Of a stretch of 64,000 bases of DNA, positions 1 to 12,267 are shown in pieces; within the stretch, counting starts at the first letter, position 1, and each line of letters starts with the position of its first letter. A model generated the notes under the pieces. It saw only the letters and a program-made list of their open reading frames with translations, ran no database searches and had not been told where the DNA came from. Origin of the DNA: Mytilus trossulus (taxonomy: Eukaryota); contig NC_086386.1 of NCBI RefSeq assembly GCF_036588685.1, forward strand, positions 65,844,001 to 65,908,000. Reading direction: 5' to 3'. A program made the translations under genes and the position numbers.

Positions 1-386
1 TACAGCTACTATAAATTGTAACACGTTAAAAGCAATTGCTGTGGTTGGTTTTTTTTTTCTCGTTTTTTTCTTCTTTCTTCAACTGACACAATTTAACCGC
101 CATTCAGTATGATATATAACACGTTAGATAATGTTACGTCGTACCAAATGTCAGTTTCTGAACCATTCAGTCATCTTCTAAAAGCTATATAGACTTTACA
201 TTTGCCTCAGTATACATACTGTTTAGGAGATGATAGGTTTTTCAATAGATTGTTACATGACCTTGTGTGCTTACAAATATTTCTGAATTATATCTAGCCA
301 AATTTTCGGTTTCAAACAATTGCAGTTACACGAACAATTTCTTTCATTATTAAAAGTTATGGGGTGCCCATTTGCAAAAACAAACC

Positions 387-459
387 AGGTTCTGGCGAGG
401 TTCGAACTCGCGACCTTCTGCGTGTAAAGCAGACGTGATAACCACTACACCACAGAACC
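387..459 (-). tRNA. trnV-TAC: tRNA-Val(TAC)
   Basis: 73 nt: acceptor GGTTCTG/CAGAACC, anticodon stem TCTGC/GCAGA with loop TTTACAC, T-arm GCGAG-TTCGAAC-CTCGC, A/B boxes, downstream T5 terminator. Confidence 0.95.
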
Positions 460-865
460 GGACAATGTACTTATCAAATATTTTCGAACTTATACTTCAG
501 TTTATATATCATGTGAAAATCGCTAAACAAATAGGCATATCATCAGAGTCTAACTTGTGCCTCTCAGCTTAGATTGCTATAGCACACACAGGTTAAAATG
601 AAACCACTGACACACATGGGGAGAGCAAGATAAAAAGAAAAGTTTTCAACTGCACTCTTCCATATTTCAGAATGTATCACGTACTTCTTTTAGGTTTTAT
701 AAGTGCTTCCTATAAGTTTGCACGAAGGACTTTTCAAATGTTTAATACAATGTTCTTAATAAAAAATCACAGTAATGCAAATGAGTATTAAAAAACCACC
801 AATACGCCAATGATAAGTCGGACAGCTGACTAATAAATAAATATATAAGACACAATTCATTAATG

Positions 866-938
866 GTTTCCGTGGTGTAGTGGTTATCACATCCGCTTAA
901 CACGCGGAAGGTCCTGAGTTCAATCCTCAGCGGAAACA
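866..938 (+). tRNA. trnV-AAC: tRNA-Val(AAC)
   Basis: 73 nt: acceptor GTTTCCG/CGGAAAC+A, anticodon stem TCCGC/GCGGA with loop TTAACAC, T-arm CTGAG-TTCAATC-CTCAG, T7 terminator just downstream. Confidence 0.96.
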
Positions 939-957
939 TACTTTTTTTCGGCTTGGA

Positions 958-1197
958 CAAGTTTTTTTTGTTTTTTTTTTCTTACATTGCCCCGGCACTG
1001 ACGCGTCAACTTATACAATAGAGAGAGTCTTTAATCGAGGAATTTTCTTCTTTTTTTTTTTTTATGTTAAAGGTGTAAGTTTTTTTTGTTTTTTTTTTCT
1101 TACATTGCCCCGGCACTGACGCGTCAACTTATACAATAGAGAGAGTCTTTAATCGAGGAATTTTCTTCTTTTTTTTTTTTTTATGTTAAAGGTGTAA
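958..1197. repeat. ~120-bp tandem duplication in the spacer (left units 1, 2, 4, 5; absent from unit 3 and the right block)
   Basis: The segment from aagtttttt...cttacattgccccggcactgacgcgtc to ...ttaaaggtgtaa occurs twice in a row. Confidence 0.9.
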
Positions 1198-1655
1198 CAC
1201 CACCAAATCATGGTACGTCACATCCGGTTGCATACGAAAGTAGGTCTAAAAAAATATTCCCTTGAATTTGACCGTTGTAGGTAATTAATCCTACATTTTA
1301 TTGCAGTAAAACTATTTCTGAGTCATAAACAAATGTCTTGGGTATTTCAAAATACCATTATTTTTTATTTGCGATTTCTATAGAAAATTTTGTAATCTTG
1401 AGGTTGCATGGTGACTAAACCTTGTACACAGATAGCATAAGGGGAGAAATTTGATTGGTTAACTTCCAATGATGGTTATTTTCTTATATGCAATGAAATG
1501 TTATGTGAAACTTTTTCTATAGAACTGGACAGGATAAAACTTTACTCATGCCAAGTATTTCTTTATTTGAAACAAAGATAAATTCTACACAATTTTTTGA
1601 AAAGTGCAAATTTAACAAAGACTAATAGGGGAAAATCAATGGTGGTATAACACCT
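1190..1655. mobile_element. Kolobok-like MITE embedded in every array unit (first copy given)
   Basis: TTAA|AGGTGTAA(C/T)ACCACCA ... TGGTGGTA(T/A)TACACCT inverted termini. TTAA on the left flank, degenerate on the right. Non-coding. Confidence 0.7.
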
Positions 1656-2480
1656 AAATAGCTCTTTTTAACTTAAAAAAAAAAGAAGAAGAAAAAGAAA
1701 GCAGGATTAACAACACTTCATTTCCTAGACGGTTTACTACGAAATCTCAAATTGTAATAATTTCAAAATCGAGAGGAAATTGCATAAAATAGATATGTCA
1801 TTTTGCTACATGTATCATACGGAACCAACAATCATTCTCAGGCAGCAATGACTTTTATTGTTTCATTGCATTTAAGGCGAGTGCATCATGAAAGGTGCAC
1901 TTGAATAGGCCCCTATTTGTTTTGCTTTTTAGTAAATGTACGCCTATCATTTGTCAACTTGTTTAAGTTAGCTATATTATCGGCACAATTGCATGTATAG
2001 TTATCCTCTTTTAATTCGAATCCGAAGTTTAACAATTTGAGAAAACGGTAGGATTTACTATTCGGATTTTCATTAAAACTGTAAAAGTTCTCAATACAGC
2101 TACTATAAATTGTAACACGTTAAAAGCAATTGCTGTGGTTGGTTTTTTTTTTCTCGTTTTTTTCTTCTTTCTTCAACTGACACAATTTAACCGCCATTCA
2201 GTATGATATATAACACGTTAGATAATGTTACGTCGTACCAAATGTCAGTTTCTGAACCATTCAGTCATCTTCTAAAAGCTATATAGACTTTACATTTGCC
2301 TCAGTATACATACTGTTTAGGAGATGATAGGTTTTTCAATAGATTGTTACATGACCTTGTGTGCTTACAAATATTTCTGAATTATATCTAGCCAAATTTT
2401 CGGTTTCAAACAATTGCAGTTACACGAACAATTTCTTTCATTATTAAAAGTTATGGGGTGCCCATTTGCAAAATCAAACC

Positions 2481-2553
2481 AGGTTCTGGCGAGGTTCGAA
2501 CTCGCGACCTTCTGCGTGTAAAGCAGACGTGATAACCACTACACCACAGAACC
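2481..2553 (-). tRNA. trnV-TAC: tRNA-Val(TAC)
   Basis: Same sequence as 387-459. Confidence 0.95.
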
Positions 2554-2959
2554 GGACAATGTACTTATCAAATATTTTCGAACTTATACTTCAGTTTATA
2601 TATCATGTGAAAATCGCTAAACAAATAGGCATATCATCAGAGTCTAACTTGTGCCTCTCAGCTTAGATTGCTATAGCACACACAGGTTAAAATGAAACCA
2701 CTGACACACATGGGGAGAGCAAGATAAAAAGAAAAGTTTTCAACTGCACTCTTCCATATTTCAGAATGTATCACGTACTTCTTTTAGGTTTTATAAGTGC
2801 TTCCTATAAGTTTGCACGAAGGACTTTTCAAATGTTTAATACAATGTTCTTAATAAAAAATCACAGTAATGCAAATGAGTATTAAAAAACCACCAATACG
2901 CCAATGATCAGTCGGACAGCTGACTAATAAATAAATATATAAGACACAATTCATTAATG

Positions 2960-3032
2960 GTTTCCGTGGTGTAGTGGTTATCACATCCGCTTAACACGCG
3001 GAAGGTCCTGAGTTCAATCCTCAGCGGAAACA
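2960..3032 (+). tRNA. trnV-AAC: tRNA-Val(AAC)
   Basis: Same sequence as 866-938. Confidence 0.96.
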
Positions 3033-4573
3033 TACTTTTTTTCGGCTTGGACAAGTTTTTTTTGTTTTTTTTTTCTTACATTGCCCCGGCACTGACGCGT
3101 CAACTTATACAATAGAGAGAGTCTTTAATCGAGGAATTTTCTTCTTTTTTTTTTTTATGTTAAAGGTGTAAGTTTTTTTTGTTTTTTTTTTCTTACATTG
3201 CCCCGGCACTGACGCGTCAACTTATACAATAGAGAGAGTCTTTAATCGAGGAATTTTCTTCTTTTTTTTTTTTTTTATGTTAAAGGTGTAACACCACCAA
3301 ATCATGGTACGTCACATCCGGTTGCATACGAAAGTAGGTCTAAAAAAATATTCCCTTGAATTTGACCGTTGTAGGTAATTAATCCTACATTTTATTGCAG
3401 TAAAACTATTTCTGAGTCATAAACAAATGTCTTGGGTATTTCAAAATACCATTATTTTTTATTTGCGATTTCTATAGAAAATTTTGTAATCTTGAGGTTG
3501 CATGGTGACTAAACCTTGTACACAGATAGCATAAGGGGAGAAATTTGATTGGTTAACTTCCAATGATGGTTATTTTCTTATATGCAATGAAATGTTATGT
3601 GAAACTTTTTCTATAGAACTGGACAGGATAAAACTTTACTCATGCCAAGTATTTCTTTATTTGAAACAAAGATAAATTCTACACAATTTTTTGAAAAGTG
3701 CAAATTTAACAAAGACTAATAGGGGAAAATCAATGGTGGTATTACACCTAAATAGCTCTTTTTAACTTAAAAAAAAAAGAAGAAGAAAAAGAAAGCAGGA
3801 TTAACAACACTTCATTTCCTAGACGGTTTACTACGAAATCTCAAATTGTAATAATTTCAAAATCGAGAGGAAATTGCATAAAATAGATATGTCATTTTGC
3901 TACATGTATCATACGGAACCAACAATCATTCTCAGGCAGCAATGACTTTTATTGTTTCATTGCATTTAAGGCGAGTGCATCATGAAAGGTGCACTTGAAT
4001 AGGCCCCTATTTGTTTTGCTTTTTAGTAAATGTACGCCTATCATTTGTCAACTTGTTTAAGTTAGCTATATTATCGGCACAATTGCATGTATAGTTATCC
4101 TCTTTTAATTCGAATCCGAAGTTTAACAATTTGAGAAAACGGTAGGATTTACTATTCGGATTTTCATTAAAACTGTAAAAGTTCTCAATACAGCTACTAT
4201 AAATTGTAACACGTTAAAAGCAATTGCTGTGGTTGGTTTTTTTTTCTCGTTTTTTTCTTCTTTCTTCAACTGACACAATTTAACCGCCATTCAGTATGAT
4301 ATATAACACGTTAGATAATGTTACGTCGTACCAAATGTCAGTTTCTGAACCATTCAGTCATCTTCTAAAAGCTATATAGACTTTACATTTGCCTCAGTAT
4401 ACATACTGTTTAGGAGATGATAGGTTTTTCAATAGATTGTTACATGACCTTGTGTGCTAACAAATATTTCTGAATTATATCTAGCCAAATTTTCGGTTTC
4501 AAACAATTGCAGTTACACGAACAATTTCTTTCATTATTAAAAGTTATGGGGTGCCCATTTGCAAAAACAAACC

Positions 4574-4646
4574 AGGTTCTGGCGAGGTTCGAACTCGCGA
4601 CCTTCTGCGTGTAAAGCAGACGTGATAACCACTACACCACAGAACC
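4574..4646 (-). tRNA. trnV-TAC: tRNA-Val(TAC)
   Basis: Same sequence as 387-459. Confidence 0.95.
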
Positions 4647-5052
4647 GGACAATGTACTTATCAAATATTTTCGAACTTATACTTCAGTTTATATATCATG
4701 TGAAAATCGCTAAACAAATAGGCATATCATCAGAGTCTAACTTGTGCCTCTCAGCTTAGATTGCTATAGCACACACAGGTTAAAATGAAACCACTGACAC
4801 ACATGGGGAGAGCAAGATAAAAAGAAAAGTTTTCAACTGCACTCTTCCATATTTCAGAATGTATCACGTACTTCTTTTAGGTTTTATAAGTGCTTCCTAT
4901 AAGTTTGCACGAAGGACTTTTCAAATGTTTAATACAATGTTCTTAATAAAAAATCACAGTAATGCAAATGAGTATTAAAAAACCACCAATACGCCAATGA
5001 TCAGTCGGACAGCTGACTTATAAATAAATATATAAGACACAATTCATTTATG

Positions 5053-5125
5053 GTTTCCGTGGTGTAGTGGTTATCACATCCGCTTAACACGCGGAAGGTC
5101 CTGAGTTCAATCCTCAGCGGAAACA
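5053..5125 (+). tRNA. trnV-AAC: tRNA-Val(AAC)
   Basis: Same sequence as 866-938. Confidence 0.96.
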
Positions 5126-6599
5126 TACTTTTTTTCGGCTTGGACAAGTTTTTTTTTGGTTTTTTTTTCTTACATTGCCCCGGCACTGACGCGTCAACTT
5201 ATACAAATGAGAGAGTCTTTAATCGAGAAATTTTCTTCTTTTTTTTTTTTATGTTAAAGGTGTAATACCACCAAATCATGGTACGTCACATCCGGTTGCA
5301 TACGAAAGTAGGTCTAAAAAAATATTCCCTTGAATTTGACCGTTGTAGGTAATTAATCCTACATTTTATTGCAGTAAAACTATTTCTGAGTCATAAACAA
5401 ATGTCTTGGGTATTTCAAAATACCATTATTTTTTATTTGCGATTTCTATAGAAAATTTTGTAATCTTGAGGTTGCATGGTGACTAAACCTTGTACACAGA
5501 TAGCATAAGGGGAGAAATTTGATTGGTTAACTTCCAATGATGGTTATTTTCTTATATGCAATGAAATGTTATGTGAAACTTTTTCTATAGAACTGGACAG
5601 GATAAAACTTTACTCATGCCAAGTATTTCTTTATTTGAAACAAAGATAAATTCTACACAATTTTTTGAAAAGTGCAAATTTAACAAAGACTAATAGGGGA
5701 AAATCAATGGTGGTATTACACCTAAATAGCTCTTTTTAACTAAAAAAAAAGAAGAAGAAAAAGAAAGCAGGATTAACAACACTTCATTTCCTAGACGGTT
5801 TACTACGAAATCTCAAATTGTAATAATTTCAAAATCGAGAGGAAATTGCATAAAATAGATATGTCATTTTGCTACATGTATCATACGGAACCAACAATCA
5901 TTCTCAGGCAGCAATGACTTTTATTGTTTCATTGCATTTAAGGCGAGTGCATCATGAAAGGTGCACTTGAATAGGCCCCTATTTGTTTTGCTTTTTAGTA
6001 AATGTACGCCTATCATTTGTCAACTTGTTTAAGTTAGCTATATTATCGGCACAATTGCATGTATAGTTATCCTCTTTTAATTCGAATCCGAAGTTTAACA
6101 ATTTGAGAAAACGGTAGGATTTACTATTCGGATTTTCATTAAAACTGTAAAAGTTCTCAATACAGCTACTATAAATTGTAACACGTTAAAAGCAATTGCT
6201 GTGGTTGTTTTTTTTTTTCTCGTTTTTTTCTTCTTTCTTCAACTGACACAATTTAACCGCCATTCAGTATGATATATAACACGTTAGATAATGTTACGTC
6301 GTACCAAATGTCAGTTTCTGAACCATTCAGTCATCTTCTAAAAGCTATATAGACTTTACATTTGCCTCAGTATACATACTGTTTAGGAGATGATAGGTTT
6401 TTCAATAGATTGTTACATGACCTTGTGTGCTAACAAATATTTCTGAATTATATCTAGCCAAATTATCGGTTTCAAACAATTGCAGTTACACGAACAATTT
6501 CTTTCATTATTAAAAGTTATGGGGTGCCCATTTGCAAAAACAAACCAGGTTCTGGCGAGGTTCGAACTCGCGACCTTCTGCGTGTAAAGCAGACGTGAT

Positions 6600-7637
6600 T
6601 TTTTTTTTTTTATCTTTATTAAAATCAAACATCATATAATACAAATAAAACAAATTATAAAATCAATTGTCCTTGATTGTTCTCATTATAGCTATATGCT
6701 ATACTTTGTATTCACAATACTGTTATTTCTCATTTCAGGTACACAATAATTATTACAATTTAAAGACTAGAACATTGTCTGTTTCTTCTAACAAAGGGTT
6801 ATCCATTAAAAACTTTTTTTGAAATATATGACTCATATTATGACATCGACAGAGATAGACATACATATATGTTACATAATGTTTTAATGTATATTGAAAT
6901 AATTTTATCAAATTTACACTAGAATAACCACTATTCAACAAGTTTCTCCTTCTGAAGATACAAAATCTGGCAACAGACATAAAAAAATTAAGAAAAGAAT
7001 CATTCACACCTTTCATATGCCATCTCAATCCCAAAATCAATAGTTCCTCACTTCTTACTAAACTAATCTTATCTGAATCACAGTTTTCAAATATTCTAAC
7101 TAATAAGGATGACAAATAATTATGAAAATCTTCAAGTTTATCACAATTCATAAATATATGCAGGATGTCTTCCTTTTCACTGCAACACACTTTACAGATA
7201 TTATCATCAACTAAACCTATCTTTTGAAGTTTTACATTAGTAAAAATACAGTTATGTAACACCTTAAAGTCTAACTCAACCAAATTAGAAGGTTTCCAAT
7301 ACATATTGACATGTTCCCATATTTTACTGAATGCTTCAGAACTCACATCAAATTCTGATTTCCATAACTCAATACCAACAGGTTCTTCAACAATATTTTC
7401 CAACATAATAGTATATAATGTTTTAGTACTACATAATTTCAAATCATAATGCACATTTTTACAAATAATTGAAATGTCTATTGTTCTTGGTATAGATATT
7501 CTGTGAATATCAGTGTTCACTGTGTTTTTCCATTCTACAGGTATAACATTCAACAAGTTTCTATATCTATCAACTACATATTGTACATTAACATCTTCAT
7601 ATACAACTTGAATCATTTCAACTATAGCATGATCAGG
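6600..7637 (-). mobile_element. 5'-truncated Tx1/L1-clade non-LTR retrotransposon E1 inserted in tRNA-Val(TAC)
   Basis: On the minus strand it ends AATAAAGAT-(A)n joined to TCACGTCTG of the tRNA. TSD ATCACG (6 bp; 10 bp with one mismatch). Contains an ORF2 C-terminus. Confidence 0.9.
6753..7637 (-). CDS. Truncated ORF2 C-terminal region (post-RT, zf-RVT zinc finger) of E1
   Basis: LDFKVLHNCIFTN..L and CKVC-x8-HIFMNC CCHC motif typical of the L1/Tx1 ORF2 end. The frame stays open up to the truncation junction. Confidence 0.88.
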   Translation of the reverse strand, partial: PDHAIVEMIQVVYEDVNVQYVVDRYRNLLNVIPVEWKNTVNTDIHRISIPRTIDISIICKNVHYDLKLCSTKTLYTIMLENIVEEPVGIELWKSEFDVSSEAFSKIWEHVNMYWKPSNLVELDFKVLHNCIFTNVKLQKIGLVDDNICKVCCSEKEDILHIFMNCDKLEDFHNYLSSLLVRIFENCDSDKISLVRSEELLILGLRWHMKGVNDSFLNFFMSVARFCIFRRRNLLNSGYSSVNLIKLFQYTLKHYVTYMYVYLCRCHNMSHIFQKKFLMDNPLLEETDNVLVFKL

Positions 7638-8069
7638 CGTGATAACCACTACACCACAGAACCGGACAATGTACTTATCAAATATTTTCGAACTTATACT
7701 TCAGTTTATATATCATGTGAAAATCGCTAAACAAATAGGCATATCATCAGAGTCTAACTTGTGCCTCTCAGCTTAGATTGCTATAGCACACACAGGTTAA
7801 AATGAAACCACTGACACACATGGGGAGAGCAAGATAAAAAGAAAAGTTTTCAACTGCACTCTTCCATATTTCAGAATGTATCACGTACTTCTTTTAGGTT
7901 TTATAAGTGCTTCCTATAAGTTTGCACGAAGGACTTTTCAAATGTTTAATACAATGTTCTTAATAAAAAATCACAGTAATGCAAATGAGTATTAAAAAAC
8001 CACCAATACGCCAATGATCAGTCGGACAGCTGACTAATAAATAAATATATAAGACACAATTCATTAATG

Positions 8070-8142
8070 GTTTCCGTGGTGTAGTGGTTATCACATCCGC
8101 TTAACACGCGGAAGGTCCTGAGTTCAATCCTCAGCGGAAACA
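8070..8142 (+). tRNA. trnV-AAC: tRNA-Val(AAC)
   Basis: Same sequence as 866-938. Confidence 0.96.
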
Positions 8143-9687
8143 TACTTTTTTTCGGCTTGGACAAGTTTTTTTTGTTTTTTTTTTCTTTACATTGCCCCGG
8201 CACTGACGCGTCAACTTATACAATAGAGAGAGTCTTTAATCGAGGAATTTTCTTCTTTTTTTTTTTTTATGTTAAAGGTGTAAGTTTTTTTTGTTTTTTT
8301 TTTCTTACATTGCCCCGGCACTGACGCGTCAACTTATACAATAGAGAGAGTCTTTAATCGAGGAATTTTCTTTTTTTTTTTTTTTTTTTATGTTAAAGGT
8401 GTAACACCACCAAATCATGGTACGTCACATCCGGTTGCATACGAAAGTAGGTCTAAAAAAATATTCCCTTGAATTTGACCGTTGTAGGTAATTAATCCTA
8501 CATTTTATTGCAGTAAAACTATTTCTGAGTCATAAACAAATGTCTTGGGTATTTCAAAATACCATTATTTTTTATTTGCGATTTCTATAGAAAATTTTGT
8601 AATCTTGAGGTTGCATGGTGACTAAACCTTGTACACAGATAGCATAAGGGGAGAAATTTGATTGGTTAACTTCCAATGATGGTTATTTTCTTATATGCAA
8701 TGAAATGTTATGTGAAACTTTTTCTATAGAACTGGACAGGATAAAACTTTACTCATGCCAAGTATTTCTTTATTTGAAACAAAGATAAATTCTACACAAT
8801 TTTTGGAAAAGTGCAAATTTAACAAAGACTAATAGGGGAAAATCAATGGTGGTATTACACCTAAATAGCTCTTTTTAACTTAAAAAAAAAAGAAGAAGAA
8901 AAAGAAAGCAGGATTAACAACACTTCATTTCCTAGACGGTTTACTACGAAATCTCAAATTGTAATAATTTCAAAATCGAGAGGAAATTGCATAAAATAGA
9001 TATGTCATTTTGCTACATGTATCATACGGAACCAACAATCATTCTCAGGCAGCAATGACTTTTATTGTTTCATTGCATTTAAGGCGAGTGCATCATGAAA
9101 GGTGCACTTGAATATGCCCCTATTTGTTTTGCTTTTTAGTAAATGTACGCCTATCATTTGTCAACTTGTTTAAGTTAGCTATATTATCGGCACAATTGCA
9201 TGTATAGTTATCCTCTTTTAATTCGAATCCGAAGTTTAACAATTTGAGAAAACGGTAGGATTTACTATTCGGATTTTCATTAAAACTGTAAAAGTTCTCA
9301 ATACAGCTACTATAAATTGTAACACGTTAAAAGCAATTGCTGTGGTTGGTTTTTTTTTTCTCGTTTTTTTCTTCTTTCTTCAACTGACACAATTTAACCG
9401 CCATTCAGTATGATATATAACACGTTAGATAATGTTACGTCGTACCAAATGTCAGTTTCTGAACCATTCAGTCATCTTCTAAAAGCTATATAGACTTTAC
9501 ATTTGCCTCAGTATACATACTGTTTAGGAGATGATAGGTTTTTCAATAGATTGTTACATGACCTTGTGTGCTAACAAATATTTCTGAATTATATCTAGCC
9601 AAATTTTCGGTTTCAAACAATTGCAGTTACACGAACAATTTCTTTCATTATTAAAAGTTATGGGGTGCCCATTTGCAAAAACAAACC

Positions 9688-9760
9688 AGGTTCTGGCGAG
9701 GTTCGAACTCGCGACCTTCTGCGTGTAAAGCAGACGTGATAACCACTACACCACAGAACC
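9688..9760 (-). tRNA. trnV-TAC: tRNA-Val(TAC)
   Basis: Same sequence as 387-459. Confidence 0.95.
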
Positions 9761-10202
9761 GGACAATGTACTTATCAAATATTTTCGAACTTATACTTCA
9801 GTTTATATATCATGTGAAAATCGCTAAACAAATAGGCATATCATCAGAGTCTAACTTGTGCCTCTCAGCTTAGATTGCTATAGCACACACAGGTTAAAAT
9901 GAAACCACTGACACACATGGGGAGAGCAAGATAAAAAGAAAAGTTTTCAACTGCACTCTTCCATATTTCAGAATGTATCACGTACTTCTTTTAGGTTTTA
10001 TAAGTGCTTCCTATAAGTTTGCACGAAGGACTTTTCAAATGTTTAATACAATGTTCTTAATAAAAAATCACAGTAATGCAAATGAGTATTAAAAAACCAC
10101 CAATACGCCAATGATCAGTCGGACAGCTGACTAATAAATAAATATATAAGACACAATTCATTAATGGTTTCCGTGGTGTAGTGGTTATCACATCCGCTTA
10201 AC

Positions 10203-11682
10203 TTGTGTGTTCCATTCCTGATTGGGCTTTACAGTCAATCAAGAAGATATGTTTAGATTTTTTATGGAATAATGGATCGCATTTGATCAAATATAGAACG
10301 ATTATAGGAGCTAAAACTGATGGAGGGTTAAAATACCCTGATATTTATTTAAAACTATTAGCATTTAGATTAAAATTTTTGACAAGATTTTTAGATAAGG
10401 ATTTTCATGCTATATGGAAATACACTATGACATATTTTTTGAACAAGATACACAATACAAATCTAGGTGTACATTGTTTATTTTTATTGCTACAAAAGAA
10501 AGACTGTACAAACATACCTGTGTTTTATAGGGAAATCATTGATGCATGGCAATATTTTAAACCTTATGTTGATATTGATATACGATCGGTTGATATTTTT
10601 AATCAACCAATTTTTTTGAACGAATCCATCAAGGTGAATGGTAAATGCATACTTTGGAAACAGTTTTTATTAGCTGGAATTACCAAATTGAAACATGTAG
10701 CATATGAAGTGGTTCCAGGTTTTTTACCTTTTAATGCTATTTATGAAATGATTGAAAATGTTGATGACAATGTAGATTGTAATAAACTAAGACAGCAATA
10801 TAATAGTTTGCTAGAATGTATTCCAAATGAATGGAAAAAGGTGATATTAAATGAAACAAAACCAGTTAACTGTGATGAGGTTCCATTGTTTATTGTAAAT
10901 TATAATAACAAAACAAAAGATTTTGTATGTTGTAAAACAAAAGATTTTTATGGTATATTAGTAGATAAATGTTATATTGAACCTGATGCTCATCAATATT
11001 GGTTAGAAGTTTTAATGTCCAATATGTTCCTTTTAAGTTCGTATGGACAAGTGTTCATTGTTATTGGAAATCGCCAGACTGTGTGCAATTAGATTTTAAA
11101 ATTGTTCACAATAGAATATTTACAAATTTAAAACTAAAAAGAATAAAACTTTCTGACTCAGACATTTGTGATAGTTGTAAATCTGAAGTAGAAGATTTGT
11201 TTCACTTATTTTTGAAATGTCATGATCTAGATGTTTTTCATAGCTATATGTTTAGTTTTTTATGTGAGCTTCTAGAGAAATGTAAAATTGATGTCTTGGT
11301 AAATCAAGGATATAGACAGATGTTTTTGCTTGGTATGACAAGTACTTATACTGATGTAAATACATATTTTGTTAATTTTGTTCTTTCTGTTGCAAGACTT
11401 TGTGTTTTCAAAAGGAGACAAATGATCAAAAATGATGTCAAGAAAATAGATCTTACGAGATTTTTCAGGTATACACTGAAACATTATATTTCTTATTTTC
11501 ATGTATATTGTAAGATGGTTAACAAGATGAACACTTTTGAAAGGAACTTTCTAAAGAATAATTGTAAAATCATTGAAATAGATGGTGTTTTGTTACTGTG
11601 ATACTCTATTGAATATTTTAATCTTTTATTATCAATATGAATTGTGATTTTATATGTTTTATTGAATAAAGATAAAAAAAAA
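10203..11682 (+). mobile_element. 5'-truncated Tx1/L1-clade non-LTR retrotransposon E2 inserted in tRNA-Val(AAC)
   Basis: 16-bp TSD ATCACATCCGCTTAAC (10187-10202 / 11683-11698). Ends AATAAAGAT-(A)n. Confidence 0.93.
10205..11601 (+). pseudogene. Truncated, frameshifted ORF2 C-terminal half of E2
   Basis: FLW...GGLKYPD motif that follows L1/Tx1 RT domains. Frame change near 11000. CDSC-x8-HLFLKC zinc finger. Confidence 0.88.
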
Positions 11683-12050
11683 ATCACATCCGCTTAACAC
11701 GCGGAAGGTCCTGAGTTCAATCCTCAGCGGAAACATACTTTTTTTCGGCTTGGACAAGTTTTTTTTGTTTTTTTTTTCTTACATTGCCCCGGCACTGACG
11801 CGTCAACTTATACAATAGAGAGAGTCTTTAATCGAGGAATTTTCTTCTTTTTTTTTTTTTTATGTTAAAGGTGTAAGTTTTTTTTGTTTTTTTTTTCTTA
11901 CATTGCCCCGGCACTGACGCGTCAACTTATACAATAGAGAGAGTCTTTAATCGAGGAATTTCCTTCTTTTTTTTTTTTTTTATGTTAAAGGTGTAACACC
12001 ACCAAATCATGGTACGTCACATCCGGTTGCATACGAAAGTAGGTCTAAAA

Positions 12051-12070
12051 AAATATTCCCTTGAATATTT
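12051..12070. other. Fold-back inversion junction of the array
   Basis: ...aaatattc-cctt-gaatattt...: arms are reverse complements around a 4-nt loop, and array orientation switches here. Confidence 0.92.
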
Positions 12071-12267
12071 TTTTAGACCTACTTTCGTATGCAACCGGAT
12101 GTGACGTACCATGATTTGGTGGTGTTACACCTTTAACATAAAAAAAAAAAAAGAAGAAAATTCCTCGATTAAAGACTCTCTCTATTGTATAAGTTGACGC
12201 GTCAGTGCCGGGGCAATGTAAGAAAAAAAAAAAAAAAAAAAAAACTTGTCCAAGCCGAAAAAAAGTA

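Larger units (their letters stand above)
6547..7663 (-). pseudogene. tRNA-Val(TAC) split by retrotransposon E1
   Basis: 5' piece at 7638-7663 and 3' piece at 6547-6599 flank the insertion. Confidence 0.93.
10167..11735 (+). pseudogene. tRNA-Val(AAC) split by retrotransposon E2
   Basis: 5' piece at 10167-10202, 3' piece at 11683-11735. Confidence 0.93.
1..12058 (+). repeat. tRNA-Val tandem array, left block (unit ~2.09 kb; TAC gene on -, AAC gene on +)
   Basis: Near-identical units recur with a period of 2094/2093 bp (tRNA starts at 387, 2481, 4574). Interrupted by two retro-insertions. Confidence 0.97.

Noticed and set aside
372-960. Recurrent 61-88 aa ORFs (MQKQTRFWRGSNSRPS..., MPGQCKK.../MSKPKKSMFPLRIELRT..., MDKFFFGFF...) in every unit
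   Set aside because: Antisense shadows of the tRNA genes and spacer. They use non-ATG starts and vary with homopolymer length.
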